From Candidatus Moraniibacteriota bacterium (lineage in GTDB: Bacteria; Patescibacteriota; Minisyncoccia; Moranbacterales; UBA1568), in assembly GCA_028711705.1 (NCBI GenBank), contig JAQTRS010000001.1:98761-162760 (forward strand): a DNA stretch of 64,000 nucleotides. The letters are read 5' to 3'. Below are positions 48,289 to 58,429 of the stretch, piece after piece. A program made the position numbers and the translations under genes. The stretch's first letter is position 1; the number at the start of each line of letters is the position of its first letter. The notes under the pieces were generated by a model. It worked only from the letters and a program-made list of their open reading frames with translations, was not told the DNA's origin and did no database searches.

Positions 48289-49527
48289 ATGTCAATCAAA
48301 AAAATCCTGCTCGCAACGCGGCCGCTCACTCCTCCTTGGGACGAAGCTTCCAAAAATTTCGCGTATTTCCTCGCTAAGAGCATCAAAGATCCGGAATTGC
48401 AGATGAATATCCTTACCACGTCGACTCCGCTCGATGGCTTGGGAGACAATGTCGTATCACACCCTATATTCCCCCTCTACGATGCCTCGCGCGCCGGGCA
48501 TTCTTTCTCACAAAAAGTTATCCTTTCAAAATACCTCTTTACTGAAAGCCACCGCTACGATATCGTGCACTACCTTTTCACACCGACCGCGCTCAATTCA
48601 GCCCTCATCAGAAATTTCACCTATCGACGTCCGAAAACCGTACAGACCATCGCTACATTACGCGAGGATTTGTACGGGCCGAAAGACTGGAAGAAAATGC
48701 TATTCGCCGATCGTATCGTAACCTATTCGGATTATTCCAAAAGAAAGCTCGAGGCGAACGGATTTACAGGAATCGAACGTATTTACCCGGGAATAGACCT
48801 CGACCTCTATGCTCCGAAACCGAAAAACGAAGAGGCTCTCAAGCACTTCGATCTTACACGTGAAGATGTTGTCGTGATGTATCCGGGAGAATATGTCCGC
48901 CTCGGCGCAACCGATATGCTCGTAGAGATGCTCATTACATATTTAAAATCACAATCTTCTGATTGTCATCCCGAGCTTGTCGAGGGATCTTCCCAGATAG
49001 AAACAGATTCCTCCACTACGGTCGGAATGACACGTGCAAAAACCATCACATTCATCTTCGGTTGCCGGATTAAAAACGAAGCGGATCAAAAGAAAAAAGA
49101 CGAAGTTGTCGCCAAACTCACCCAGGCAGGCATCATCGACTGCGTCAGATTCACCGACACCTGGAAAGATATGCCGACGCTCTACAATCTTTCTGATATC
49201 GTCATCTTTCCGGTCGAGAATATGCGTGGAAAATTCGATATCCCACTCGCCATCATCGAAGCCTATGCCTGCGGAAAGCCGGTCATTCTCTCTGATCTGG
49301 AGATTTTCCAAGAGTTCTCCTCGCCGGAATTTTCCGTCACCATTCCTTTGGCACGCCAAAGCCTAAGCGAAGGCGGCCGCACCCTCTGGCAAACCATCCT
49401 TGACCTGCAATCCGATGAATCAAAAAGAAAAAGGCTCGGCACAAATGCACGAACTTTTACTGAGCAATTCTTCGATTTAAAGAATACCGCTCAAAGCTAC
49501 GAAAGGTTATATGCTTCACTGCAGTAG
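48289..49527 (+). CDS. Family 4 glycosyltransferase (carries an in-frame palindromic-repeat insertion)
   Basis: GT-B fold with a C-terminal EAYACGKPVILSDLEIFQEF E-x7-E-like motif. The segment CHPELVEGSSQIETDSSTTVGMT is encoded by the repeat at 48964-49032. The start is chosen at MSIKK to avoid overlap with the upstream gene. Confidence 0.8.
   Translation: MSIKKILLATRPLTPPWDEASKNFAYFLAKSIKDPELQMNILTTSTPLDGLGDNVVSHPIFPLYDASRAGHSFSQKVILSKYLFTESHRYDIVHYLFTPTALNSALIRNFTYRRPKTVQTIATLREDLYGPKDWKKMLFADRIVTYSDYSKRKLEANGFTGIERIYPGIDLDLYAPKPKNEEALKHFDLTREDVVVMYPGEYVRLGATDMLVEMLITYLKSQSSDCHPELVEGSSQIETDSSTTVGMTRAKTITFIFGCRIKNEADQKKKDEVVAKLTQAGIIDCVRFTDTWKDMPTLYNLSDIVIFPVENMRGKFDIPLAIIEAYACGKPVILSDLEIFQEFSSPEFSVTIPLARQSLSEGGRTLWQTILDLQSDESKRKRLGTNARTFTEQFFDLKNTAQSYERLYASLQ
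48964..49032 (+). repeat. Palindromic repeat family, copy B (in-frame inside the GT4 gene)
   Basis: tgtcatcccgagcttgtcgagggatcttcccagatagaaacagattcctccactacggtcggaatgaca, 69 nt (23 codons). Confidence 0.7.
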
Positions 49528-49624
49528 CCCTCTCGCTTAAAAGCAAGACGGGGGTACATCCACGTGTTTCAAACTCAAGGCTCAGGTTGCAAACCTGAAC
49601 TTGCGAAATAAAGTAAACATTGTA

Positions 49625-49658
49625 AAACCGTCATAAGAGCTCTTATGACGGTTTTTCG
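49625..49658. terminator. Terminator built on a perfect 30-nt palindrome
   Basis: aaaccgtcataagag|ctcttatgacggttt followed by TTCG; an A-run precedes it, so it could act in both directions. Confidence 0.65.
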
Positions 49659-49716
49659 AACGTTATATCTTCGGAGTCTTAAAACCACAATTGAGCCAAA
49701 AGGCCAAAAAACATTA

Positions 49717-50010
49717 TCAAAAAAACGTATATGCATATGCTGGCACAACCGAACCAAAATCCATATCATCAAAACCACTTTGATTAATGTTTTTTTGTTT
49801 GGATATTTCCGCTTCATCTTGACAAAGCATAAGAACCATTCCGAAAAACAAAAGGAATAATCCTATGGCCACATGCCTTTCATAACTTATCCGAAACAGG
49901 TTTTCACCAAACGGAAGCATAAGAAATCCCAAACCGGAAATAATTCCGCAAAGAATGCCTCTCAAAAAACCTTTTGAATCTCTTGCATCGCCTTCTTTAT
50001 TCTCAAGCAT
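49717..50010 (-). CDS. Hypothetical small membrane protein (AT-rich)
   Basis: 97 aa with two TM helices; SD-like GAGGT 8 nt upstream; terminator 60 nt downstream. Confidence 0.4.
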   Translation of the reverse strand: MLENKEGDARDSKGFLRGILCGIISGLGFLMLPFGENLFRISYERHVAIGLFLLFFGMVLMLCQDEAEISKQKNINQSGFDDMDFGSVVPAYAYTFF

Positions 50011-50135
50011 GATCTCTACCTCGATTTTTAAGTTTCAAAAATGGAAAAGGCTTTAAATAAACTTGCCCGTGACCATTGTTTCCTGGTATACTTCATATGT
50101 ATGCCAGCTTTCCAATATAGTATATATTCCTCTCT

Positions 50136-51722
50136 ATGTCAACCATAAAAATTGAGAAATTAGCCGAACATAAACAGCAGTTCCAGACGGAAAAAATGAA
50201 GGTTCCGGTGGTTTTACATATCAACGATGCGCTGCTTCCCGAAGAGTCCACGCTTTTGCAGCTGCAGTCCGTCGCGTCCAATGACTGTTGCTTTCATCAC
50301 ATCGCCGGCATGGCCGATGTTCACTCCAAACCCGGACGCAAAAACGCCACCGGCACAACCGTAGCTTCCGAAAAGTTCATCCTGCCTCAGGTCAACGATT
50401 CCGACCCGGCCTGCGGTATGCGTTTGGTCCGCACCAACCTGACCGAAGACAATATCACACCGGAGGAACTCGACAAACTTTTCAAGGAACTCGTCTACAA
50501 GGTACCCACCAAAAAATATGTCGGTACCTATATCCCCTTCCGCGTCGTCGTCGACATCTGCCGCAAGGGTATCGGTCCGCTTATCGATCACCTCGGCATC
50601 AAGACCAAATTCGAAAAGGAGAACGCCTTGGGAGGCGAGAACTTTTTTACCACCACTCGTCATCCCGAGCTTGTCAATGGATCTCCTCAAACAGAAATAG
50701 ATTCCTCCGCTACGGTCGGAATGACAAATGGAAGCGCCCCCTCCCGCCAAGACATCTTTAACATTATTCCCAAACTCTTCCTATTTTTCGCGCAATTCCG
50801 TCTCGGTATCTTAGGCGCAGCCGGCAACCACTTCCTTGACCTCATGAAGGTCACGGACATTGAGGACGAGGAAACCGCGCAGAAACTGGGCATCAAAAAA
50901 GGCCAGTACCTCTTCATGGTGCACTGCGGATCAGGCATACTCGGGCAGTACACGATGTATATGTATACCGCCAAGAAACGCGAACACCTCTCGACCGCTA
51001 TCCTCATGAATATCGGGCGCTTCTTCTGGAGCACGCCGTACAGAAAAACCATCGACCTGATCGCCAAGAAAATACGCGAATCGGACTTCGGAAAGAAAGA
51101 GCCGCTTATCACCTTCGATGGCGAGGGCGACGACGGGAAAATGTATATGGCGGCCCGCAATGCCTGCTCCAACTTCGCCCATGCCAATCGCGCCGTTATC
51201 ACGCACAATGTCGGCGAAACGATCCAGAGAGTGCTCGGCCGCGACGCAGGGCTTGAGCTTCTCTATGACATGCCGCATATCCTCGTGAGTAAAGAGGAGC
51301 ACTTCGGCAAAAATATCTGGGTGCACCGCAACGGGACCTCACGCGCCTATGGCCCATCCCGCATGAAAGAGCATCCGCTCTTCAGCCAGACCGGCGAACC
51401 CGCCTTCATCCCGTCCTCCATGAGCACCGAAGCCTATATCTGCGTCGGTACCGACCACAACGAATCCAGCTTCTTCTCCTGCAACCACGGCGCCGGAAAA
51501 GCCGCTAAAAAAACGGAAGATATCGTCCCGGAAAGCCAAGAGGAGCTCCGCAAAAAACTTAAGTCCAAGGGAGTCCAGCTCTATAACGGTCAGTCCAAGA
51601 AAGTCATCGAGCAGGACTCCTCGCACTACAAGCGCATCGAGGATGTCATCGCCGGAGCCAAGGCGAACAATATCGTAAAGCCCATCGCCAAGATGCAGCC
51701 GATTTCGATCATCATGTACTAA
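50136..51722 (+). CDS. rtcB: RNA-splicing ligase RtcB (carries an in-frame palindromic-repeat insertion)
   Basis: RtcB motifs ACGMRLV (metal-binding Cys), HCGSGILGQY and CNHGAGK (catalytic His region). The 23-aa segment RHPELVNGSPQTEIDSSATVGMT comes from the repeat at 50658-50726. Confidence 0.9.
   Translation: MSTIKIEKLAEHKQQFQTEKMKVPVVLHINDALLPEESTLLQLQSVASNDCCFHHIAGMADVHSKPGRKNATGTTVASEKFILPQVNDSDPACGMRLVRTNLTEDNITPEELDKLFKELVYKVPTKKYVGTYIPFRVVVDICRKGIGPLIDHLGIKTKFEKENALGGENFFTTTRHPELVNGSPQTEIDSSATVGMTNGSAPSRQDIFNIIPKLFLFFAQFRLGILGAAGNHFLDLMKVTDIEDEETAQKLGIKKGQYLFMVHCGSGILGQYTMYMYTAKKREHLSTAILMNIGRFFWSTPYRKTIDLIAKKIRESDFGKKEPLITFDGEGDDGKMYMAARNACSNFAHANRAVITHNVGETIQRVLGRDAGLELLYDMPHILVSKEEHFGKNIWVHRNGTSRAYGPSRMKEHPLFSQTGEPAFIPSSMSTEAYICVGTDHNESSFFSCNHGAGKAAKKTEDIVPESQEELRKKLKSKGVQLYNGQSKKVIEQDSSHYKRIEDVIAGAKANNIVKPIAKMQPISIIMY
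50658..50726 (+). repeat. Palindromic repeat family, copy C (in-frame inside rtcB)
   Basis: cgtcatcccgagcttgtcaatggatctcctcaaacagaaatagattcctccgctacggtcggaatgaca, 69 nt. Confidence 0.7.
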
Positions 51723-51733
51723 AAATGATGAAG

Positions 51734-51764
51734 GACTGACGCATATTATGTGTCAGTCCTTTGG
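51734..51764 (+). terminator. Rho-independent terminator after rtcB
   Basis: ggactgac-gcatattatgt-gtcagtcc followed by TTTGG. Confidence 0.55.
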
Positions 51765-52024
51765 CTGCTCTGAGTATCGTTTCAATGGGAATTGAGCTCC
51801 CACAATACTTGGAGGAAAATCGCTTGCCACAGCGACGGAGGGATTGTCCTTTTCGGACGTCTGCCCCTCTCATCCTGCTTCGCAATCTCCCCTGCTTCTT
51901 TATTGGTAATATGTATCGCCCTTATTCTTGGATCAGTCGTATGATGCAGCATAGAACACCTCCGCTTGTTGAAAATACAAAAACACTCGCCTCTCTTGTA
52001 TAGCATAAACCATAAGCCACGTCA

Positions 52025-52636
52025 ATGACTCAATTCATTACCCTCTCGGGTGTCGACGGTTCCGGAAAATCCACGCAGCTCAAACTCCTCAAAGAGCATC
52101 TGGAGCAGGAGCACAAAGAAGTCTTCTACTTCCATGCCATCGAGTTTTCGCTCGCCAACCGTTTGGCTCGCATTCTCAAAAGAAAAGAGGCATTCGTCCC
52201 CGGATCCGAAAAGGCCTCGACACAAAGCTCCTGGACCGCTCTGCAATTGCGCAAGATCTTCTTGCTTATCGATATCCTCCGTTTCAAATGGCTGCTGCGA
52301 AAACTGACACGGAAGCGCTACGACTATATCCTTTCGGACCGGTATTTCTATGACTCGGTCATAAATATCCTCTACCTCTCCAAAAGCGATGGCACGCTCT
52401 TTCTCGAGCGCTTCATCCCTCGTCCGGACCGAGCTATCTATCTTCGGATCAGCGCGGAAGAAATCATGCAACGGGAACGCGTTCCTGAGCAGGGCATCAA
52501 CTATCTCAAAAACAAAATCGCCCTTTTTGAACAAAAAAAAGGCGTCTTTGGATTATTATCCGTCGACGCCTCTCAGACCGTGCCAGTGTTATTGAATACC
52601 ATTATTTCCTTAGTTCTCTTCCATCCATGGCGCTGA
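52025..52636 (+). CDS. Thymidylate kinase-like P-loop nucleoside monophosphate kinase
   Basis: N-terminus FITLSGVDGSGKSTQLKLL matches the Tmk P-loop (FITFEGIDGAGKST), with DRY-like and lid regions; divergent elsewhere. Confidence 0.6.
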   Translation: MTQFITLSGVDGSGKSTQLKLLKEHLEQEHKEVFYFHAIEFSLANRLARILKRKEAFVPGSEKASTQSSWTALQLRKIFLLIDILRFKWLLRKLTRKRYDYILSDRYFYDSVINILYLSKSDGTLFLERFIPRPDRAIYLRISAEEIMQRERVPEQGINYLKNKIALFEQKKGVFGLLSVDASQTVPVLLNTIISLVLFHPWR

Positions 52637-52819
52637 AAATGGCTCTTGCGGTGACAAGTCCTTTGCAACGAAGATACTAACCAATGAAATTATTGGCAGC
52701 ATACCGCCAAAAGCGGCCCACCTGAGTGCATGTCTTTTTTTGGCCACTGCTGTAGCAGTGGTGAAGTATGCCAATCCCGCCCATGCAAGAGCGAGCCATC
52801 CTACAAACAACGTGGTCAT
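52610..52819 (-). CDS. Hypothetical small membrane protein
   Basis: 69 aa with two TM helices; overlaps the tmk-like 3' end by 27 nt. Confidence 0.35.
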   Translation of the reverse strand: MTTLFVGWLALAWAGLAYFTTATAVAKKRHALRWAAFGGMLPIISLVSIFVAKDLSPQEPFSAPWMEEN

Positions 52820-52919
52820 GATAACCTCCTACCGAGTTGTAAAAAAATACCCTGCTGTTACAATGAGGATAGCATCCTCATCTAACCTGCTGCGGCGAGT
52901 ATAGCATATAAAAACCCCT

Positions 52920-54383
52920 ATGTCAAGACAAACGGCGATCAAATCCATCTTTTGGCTTACTTTCTCGGAAATCCTCTTCAATCTTTCGGGCTACATCATC
53001 CACGCAGTGGCAGGCCGCACCCTAGGACCGGCCGACTATGGCCGCTACAGCCTCGTCATCACACTCACTACCGTCATCGTCGTGCTCATCGGCAACGGCA
53101 TCCCGACCGCCATGTCCAGATACCTCAGCGAAGCGTTCGAAAAAAACCCGGCGCTGGTGTTGGCCATCAAAAAGCAGAGCATCCGATTGCAGTCGCTTCT
53201 CATGGGAGGCGTGACCGTCGTGTTCTTCCTGGCCTCACCGCTTATAGCAGAAGCCCTCAATGATCCGACGCTCACACCGCTTTTCAGGCTTTCAGCCTTC
53301 ATCATCCCGGCCTTCGCCGCCGCCTCTTTCTATTTCTCCTATTTCACCGGGCTCCACCTCTTCAATAACCAATCGATCCTCAAATCCTTCCGCTCCGTCG
53401 CCCGCATCACCGTGACCGTCGGACTCGTCCTGACGTTCGGGCTAAAGGGTGCTATCGCCGGCTATATCCTCGCCCCGCTCCTCACCTTTTTCCTCGGCCT
53501 CTACCTGGACAGTAAGGTCTTTGCCAAAGACTACGCGCGCCTCACGCCCGACCAGACCTTCCCCTACCAAAAACTCCTCTACTACGCCTGGCCCATCACC
53601 CTCTTCATGCTGTTCTATGAAATCTTCGTCTCCGTGGATCTCTACCTCATCAAATCCATCCTCAGGGACGATGTCGCGACCGGGCTCTATAATGCCGCAC
53701 TCACCATCGGGCGTATCCCGTACTATCTTTTCTATGCGCTTTCCATTTTCCTCCTCCCGGCGCTCGCTAAGATAAAATCCGAAAACGACACCAGGAAAAT
53801 AAGCCAGGTCATGACCCAATCGCTTCGCTACGCAGGCATCATACTCCTCCCGACCTATATCCTCATCGTTGCCTATGCGACGCCGCTCACAGAGCTTTTC
53901 TTCGGCAACAAATACATCGCTGCTACGCCTGTGCTCCAGGTCCTCGTGCTCGGCCTGAGCTTCCTGACCGTTTTTTATCTCCTTTGTTCCGCATTCAACG
54001 GCATCGGACATGCCAGGCTTTCGATGTGGCTTTCCATCATCGGGACTTTCTTCAATATCATCCTCAACTACATCCTCATCCGGCAATCCGGCATCATGGG
54101 CGCCGCCTATGCCACCACCATCAGCGCTGCTGTCACCACCGCCATAGCGCTTATCATCTCACAACGATACATCCCGCTCACGCTTCACTGGTCAAGCATT
54201 ATCAAGACCCTGCTCGTATCCGGTGCCCTCTGGCTCATCGTATCGGCATTCCCGGCACACGACTGGCTCTTCATCCCGTACAGCCTCGTCTTTGGCGCAC
54301 TCTACACCCTCGCGCTCATACACCTGAACGTTATCACCAAAGAGGATATGGCTCGCTTCCAGAAAAAAAAGAGTCTCGCGTGA
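52920..54383 (+). CDS. MOP-superfamily polysaccharide flippase (Wzx/MurJ-like)
   Basis: 487 aa with 12-14 TM helices and the typical Wzx-like topology. Its start (MSRQTAIKSIFWLTFSEILFNLSGYIIHAVAGRTLGP) resembles the polysaccharide biosynthesis protein family. Confidence 0.8.
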   Translation: MSRQTAIKSIFWLTFSEILFNLSGYIIHAVAGRTLGPADYGRYSLVITLTTVIVVLIGNGIPTAMSRYLSEAFEKNPALVLAIKKQSIRLQSLLMGGVTVVFFLASPLIAEALNDPTLTPLFRLSAFIIPAFAAASFYFSYFTGLHLFNNQSILKSFRSVARITVTVGLVLTFGLKGAIAGYILAPLLTFFLGLYLDSKVFAKDYARLTPDQTFPYQKLLYYAWPITLFMLFYEIFVSVDLYLIKSILRDDVATGLYNAALTIGRIPYYLFYALSIFLLPALAKIKSENDTRKISQVMTQSLRYAGIILLPTYILIVAYATPLTELFFGNKYIAATPVLQVLVLGLSFLTVFYLLCSAFNGIGHARLSMWLSIIGTFFNIILNYILIRQSGIMGAAYATTISAAVTTAIALIISQRYIPLTLHWSSIIKTLLVSGALWLIVSAFPAHDWLFIPYSLVFGALYTLALIHLNVITKEDMARFQKKKSLA

Positions 54384-54421
54384 CATTGCATCGCAAGACT
54401 CTCCCTATTATCGGAATCTAT

Positions 54422-54841
54422 TCAAGATTCAGTTCTTCTGATTACCTCGCACGGTACCCTAGCGACCCTGCGAGCATGTTCCCGTTCATAGGTCTCGCAA
54501 ACACACACCCATTGTTTATGAAGGTCTTGTGTCCGTAATTTCTTCTTTATCTTATCCCGTACATGCATCGTTTCCTTTTTATGCCGACAGGCAGCATCGC
54601 TATCGGATTGTCCGGGGTTGTCAAGATCGTGGAGATTCATAATCTTGATGGTCTGCGTCAGATGATACGCGATATCCCCAAGATCGATGACGATATTTTG
54701 CTCATAATTGAACAAAAGATTCCCCAATTCAAACCGATTATCGCGTAAAGCCTTCAAGATAGGCTTATCCGCGTCAACCATGTCCGAAAACACATCTCTG
54801 ATTGCCGACACGAACCATTCAGGATACACGAGCTTGCTCAT
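54422..54841 (-). CDS. Hypothetical protein (divergent from the SNF2 gene)
   Basis: 139-aa soluble ORF with a Cys cluster (WVCVCE...PCE); no family recognised. Confidence 0.5.
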   Translation of the reverse strand: MSKLVYPEWFVSAIRDVFSDMVDADKPILKALRDNRFELGNLLFNYEQNIVIDLGDIAYHLTQTIKIMNLHDLDNPGQSDSDAACRHKKETMHVRDKIKKKLRTQDLHKQWVCVCETYEREHARRVARVPCEVIRRTES

Positions 54842-55053
54842 GGATCGCTCCTTTTATAAAGTAACCTAACATTGCACATTCGCACAATACCGTATCTCTT
54901 TTTGAGATACCGATAGGATAATACGCCGCCACCCTTTCGTCAAGAGCCATGCCGACGCGTCCATTCATGCAAAAATATCTATTTTTCAGCCGAAGCTGGC
55001 TTTTTTTGGCAATCAATGCTATACTTTCCCCTTACCGGTAACAGCCCTCTATC

Positions 55054-58000
55054 ATGTCCGAAATCCCCTTCAACAAACAGAAACTGACCGATCAGCTCCG
55101 AAGCTTCTTCGGCGGTGTCATGTTTCATAGCGGCAGAGAATTCCTCGAGCAAAATACTGCCCCAAATATCAGTGTCATAAAAACGAACTCGCCCGAAAAG
55201 ATACAGATCGAAGCGACGATACGAGACGGCAGCGAACATAAGACCAGCCTCAAATTCAATTTCCAAACCGGGCAATTCAGCCATTCCCGCTGCTCTTGCC
55301 CCTATGACTGGACGACCTGCAAGCACGCCGCGGCCCTGGGCCTTTCCTTCGTTCAGAATGCCGAAACGCTCTTGAACTCCGAAGATGCCATCGACAGCAA
55401 ACTGACAGAAACGAACCATCGCAGCAAACCCAAGAAGGCCCAAGCCGCTCAGTCGGTGCATATCAATAAGAATGCGCTTGAGCTCCGGAAAATAAGCGGG
55501 CCCTCCACAGTTTCCTCATCGACAGGTTACTATCTCGTCATCGGCACACGCTACTCGCTCAGCATAGACATATACCTGAACACGGAAGGAGTGTGGAACA
55601 GCTGGCCTATCTCGCCGGAAACCATCCTGCAATCAAAAGAACATCGCCCCACAGCAAAACAGAAGGTATTGTTCGAATTTTTATGCACCGCACGCTCGCA
55701 AGAAGGCGCCATCGATCTCGGCAATCTCTTTTCGCTGCTTCGCGATTCGGACCTTCCGGTCTATCTGGGCAAGAAATCGAAAAAGAATTCTCTCGTTTTC
55801 ACGGACGCTCCCAAAAAAATAGCCGCCACCCTCTATGCGAAACAATCTCCGCGCGCCGGATTCGTAGGCAGTGCCCCGCACACGGATTTCGTATTGAGAA
55901 TCGATGAGCCGCTCTATGCCGAATCCATCGTGTATTCTTTCTTCGGCAAAAACCACCTCATCCTCATCCGCGAAAAGAAACGCTCCATCGAGATACATCC
56001 CCTTTCAAGCGACCTTTCGACCCTCGTAGCCGCCATCACACAGGAGGCCCGTGACAACGCCTATTCCTATGAGAACACCGCCCACACGGATGGATCGTAT
56101 CAATGGGAAACGGTTTTGGACGAGAAAAACATCCTCGATATCAATCGGATCATCACGGATTCTCAGGAGGCCTTCGACCTTGAAACGACGCTCACGCCGA
56201 ATTTTTATACCGAGCTATCGGATATCGCTGCGCCGCTCATATCCGTCGACTACGACAATACCAAACATACCCTCGTCGTACGGGCACTCATCGATTACGG
56301 CTTCTTCAAGATCGACATCGCGAGCACCATCTATAAGAGCATGCAGGGAGGCAAAACAGGATTCAAACGCAGCCTCATCAGCGGCCGAGAGAAGTATCAC
56401 ATCGCCGTCGATGGGAATATCATCCGCTATGCGCCTATCGACCACGAAAAAGAGGCGAATCTTTTCAAAAAATTCCATAGCGACAATCGCTACGGCTTCA
56501 CCAAGCGGATCAAATGCGTACGGAGCGGTTCCAAAAATATCACCGACTACCACAAAAATCACTGGCCGCATGTCCAAAAACTGGGCCATGCTATTGAATA
56601 TACCCGGCATGAACTGGATTTCTTCGAGGAGTCTTTCAAAGCGGATGTGCGCGTCGATATGGATGCCCAAAACGACTGGCTCACCTTCGATGTGAACTGC
56701 TACTGCGGGAAAGACCGCGTGACGCTGGAAGACCTGAAGCGCTACATCCACAATAAGGAAGAATTCATACGGATGGAAGACGGCCGCTTGATGCGGGTGT
56801 CCAATACAAAGGACCTGGAACGCTTCGTGCTTATGCTCGAAAGCTTTTATCAGAAAGAGAACGATCGTTTCGAGGGACGCGCCTATCACGCGCCGGAACT
56901 GGAAAACATCTTCACCAACTCCCCGTATTACAATACCAAGATCGAAAAAAGCTTCCAGAAATTCATGAAGGAAGCTCAGAGCGGAAGACCGATCGAAAAA
57001 GTGAAGCTCCCCGCTTCCGTTCAGAAAACGCTCCGGAAATACCAGAAAGAGGGGGTCCACTGGATGCACTTTCTCCGCAAGTACCGCTTTGCCGGCATCC
57101 TTGCCGACGACATGGGACTCGGGAAAACCCTTCAGACCCTGACGCTTTTGGAAATGAACAAAAAGACCGATAAGCCGTCCATCGTCATCTGCCCCAAGAC
57201 GCTCCTCTTCAACTGGGAGCAGGAGACCGCGAAGTTTTTCCCGAATATCAAGACCCTCCTCATCGAAGGGACGCCCAAGGAACGCGCCGAAAAGATACGG
57301 CACATAGCGGAATACGATCTTATCATCACCTCCTATCCGTCAATCAAGAAAGACTTCCCGACCTATGACAAACTCGGCATCCGCTTCCACTACTGCTTCA
57401 TCGACGAGGCGCAGTTCATGAAAAACCACAAGACGCAGAATGCTCAGGTGGTCAAAAGGATACCGGCCGACTACCGCCTCGCGCTCACGGGTACCCCGCT
57501 TGAGAACAATGTCTCGGAGATCTGGTCTATCTTCGATTTCCTCATGCCCGGATTTTTGGGAAACTACGCCACCTTCGTCAAAAAATTCCAAACACCGATC
57601 ATGAAAAACAACGATGCGCGGGCCCTGAATGAGCTTCAAAAGAAGGTCTCCTGCTTTATGCTGCGCCGCACCAAGGAAAAAGTGCTCAAGGAACTCCCGC
57701 CCAAAGTCGAACAAACCTTCGGCTGTGAGCTTGAAGAGGCACAGAACGTCCTCTATCAGGAAATCCTCGCCAATGTCAAAAGCAATATCTTCCAAACCGT
57801 TCAGGAAAAAGGCTTCGCCAAATCCCAGATCCACATCCTGGCCGGACTCACCAAATTACGGCAGGTCTGCAATCACCCGGCCCTTCTCCTAAAGGACGAG
57901 GACTTCGAAGCCTATGAATCCGCCAAACTCAAGATATTCGAGGAACTTATCGATGAGATCATCTCCTCCAATCGGAAGGTGCTCGTTTTCAGCCAATTCA

Positions 58001-58425
58001 CCAATATGCTCGACATCCTGCAGAAGGTCTTGCAGAAAAAAGGGGTCGAGCATCTCTACCTTTCCGGAAAGACCAAGAACCGCAAAGAGCTCGTGGAAGA
58101 ATTCAATACCAGCACCGCCAAGAAAGTCTTCCTCATCAGCCTCAAGGCCGGAGGGACGGGACTTAACCTCACTTCCGCCGACAATGTGATCATCTTCGAC
58201 CCGTGGTGGAATACGAGCGTCGAGAATCAGGCCGTCGACCGCGCCCACCGCATGGGACAGACCAAGTCCGTCAATGTCTACCGCCTCGTCACCAAAGGCA
58301 CCATCGAAGAGAAGATTCTCAAACTGCAGGAAAAGAAACAATTCCTCTTCGACAATCTGGTCAATGAGAATAAGGAACTGTTCAAGAATATCACCTGGAG
58401 CGATATCAAAGAACTCTTCGTATAA
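55054..58425 (+). CDS. SNF2-family helicase/ATPase with an N-terminal SWIM zinc finger
   Basis: SWIM CxC-x-CxH (CSCPYDWTTCKHAAAL); SNF2_N motifs LADDMGLGKTLQT (I) and DEAQFMKN (II); helicase-C motifs LISLKAGGTGLNLTSADNVIIFDPWWN and QAVDRAHRMGQ. Confidence 0.9.
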   Translation: MSEIPFNKQKLTDQLRSFFGGVMFHSGREFLEQNTAPNISVIKTNSPEKIQIEATIRDGSEHKTSLKFNFQTGQFSHSRCSCPYDWTTCKHAAALGLSFVQNAETLLNSEDAIDSKLTETNHRSKPKKAQAAQSVHINKNALELRKISGPSTVSSSTGYYLVIGTRYSLSIDIYLNTEGVWNSWPISPETILQSKEHRPTAKQKVLFEFLCTARSQEGAIDLGNLFSLLRDSDLPVYLGKKSKKNSLVFTDAPKKIAATLYAKQSPRAGFVGSAPHTDFVLRIDEPLYAESIVYSFFGKNHLILIREKKRSIEIHPLSSDLSTLVAAITQEARDNAYSYENTAHTDGSYQWETVLDEKNILDINRIITDSQEAFDLETTLTPNFYTELSDIAAPLISVDYDNTKHTLVVRALIDYGFFKIDIASTIYKSMQGGKTGFKRSLISGREKYHIAVDGNIIRYAPIDHEKEANLFKKFHSDNRYGFTKRIKCVRSGSKNITDYHKNHWPHVQKLGHAIEYTRHELDFFEESFKADVRVDMDAQNDWLTFDVNCYCGKDRVTLEDLKRYIHNKEEFIRMEDGRLMRVSNTKDLERFVLMLESFYQKENDRFEGRAYHAPELENIFTNSPYYNTKIEKSFQKFMKEAQSGRPIEKVKLPASVQKTLRKYQKEGVHWMHFLRKYRFAGILADDMGLGKTLQTLTLLEMNKKTDKPSIVICPKTLLFNWEQETAKFFPNIKTLLIEGTPKERAEKIRHIAEYDLIITSYPSIKKDFPTYDKLGIRFHYCFIDEAQFMKNHKTQNAQVVKRIPADYRLALTGTPLENNVSEIWSIFDFLMPGFLGNYATFVKKFQTPIMKNNDARALNELQKKVSCFMLRRTKEKVLKELPPKVEQTFGCELEEAQNVLYQEILANVKSNIFQTVQEKGFAKSQIHILAGLTKLRQVCNHPALLLKDEDFEAYESAKLKIFEELIDEIISSNRKVLVFSQFTNMLDILQKVLQKKGVEHLYLSGKTKNRKELVEEFNTSTAKKVFLISLKAGGTGLNLTSADNVIIFDPWWNTSVENQAVDRAHRMGQTKSVNVYRLVTKGTIEEKILKLQEKKQFLFDNLVNENKELFKNITWSDIKELFV

Positions 58426-58429
58426 GTTA

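Noticed and set aside
56215-57303. 362-aa - strand ORF
   Set aside because: Antisense to the SNF2 helicase gene.
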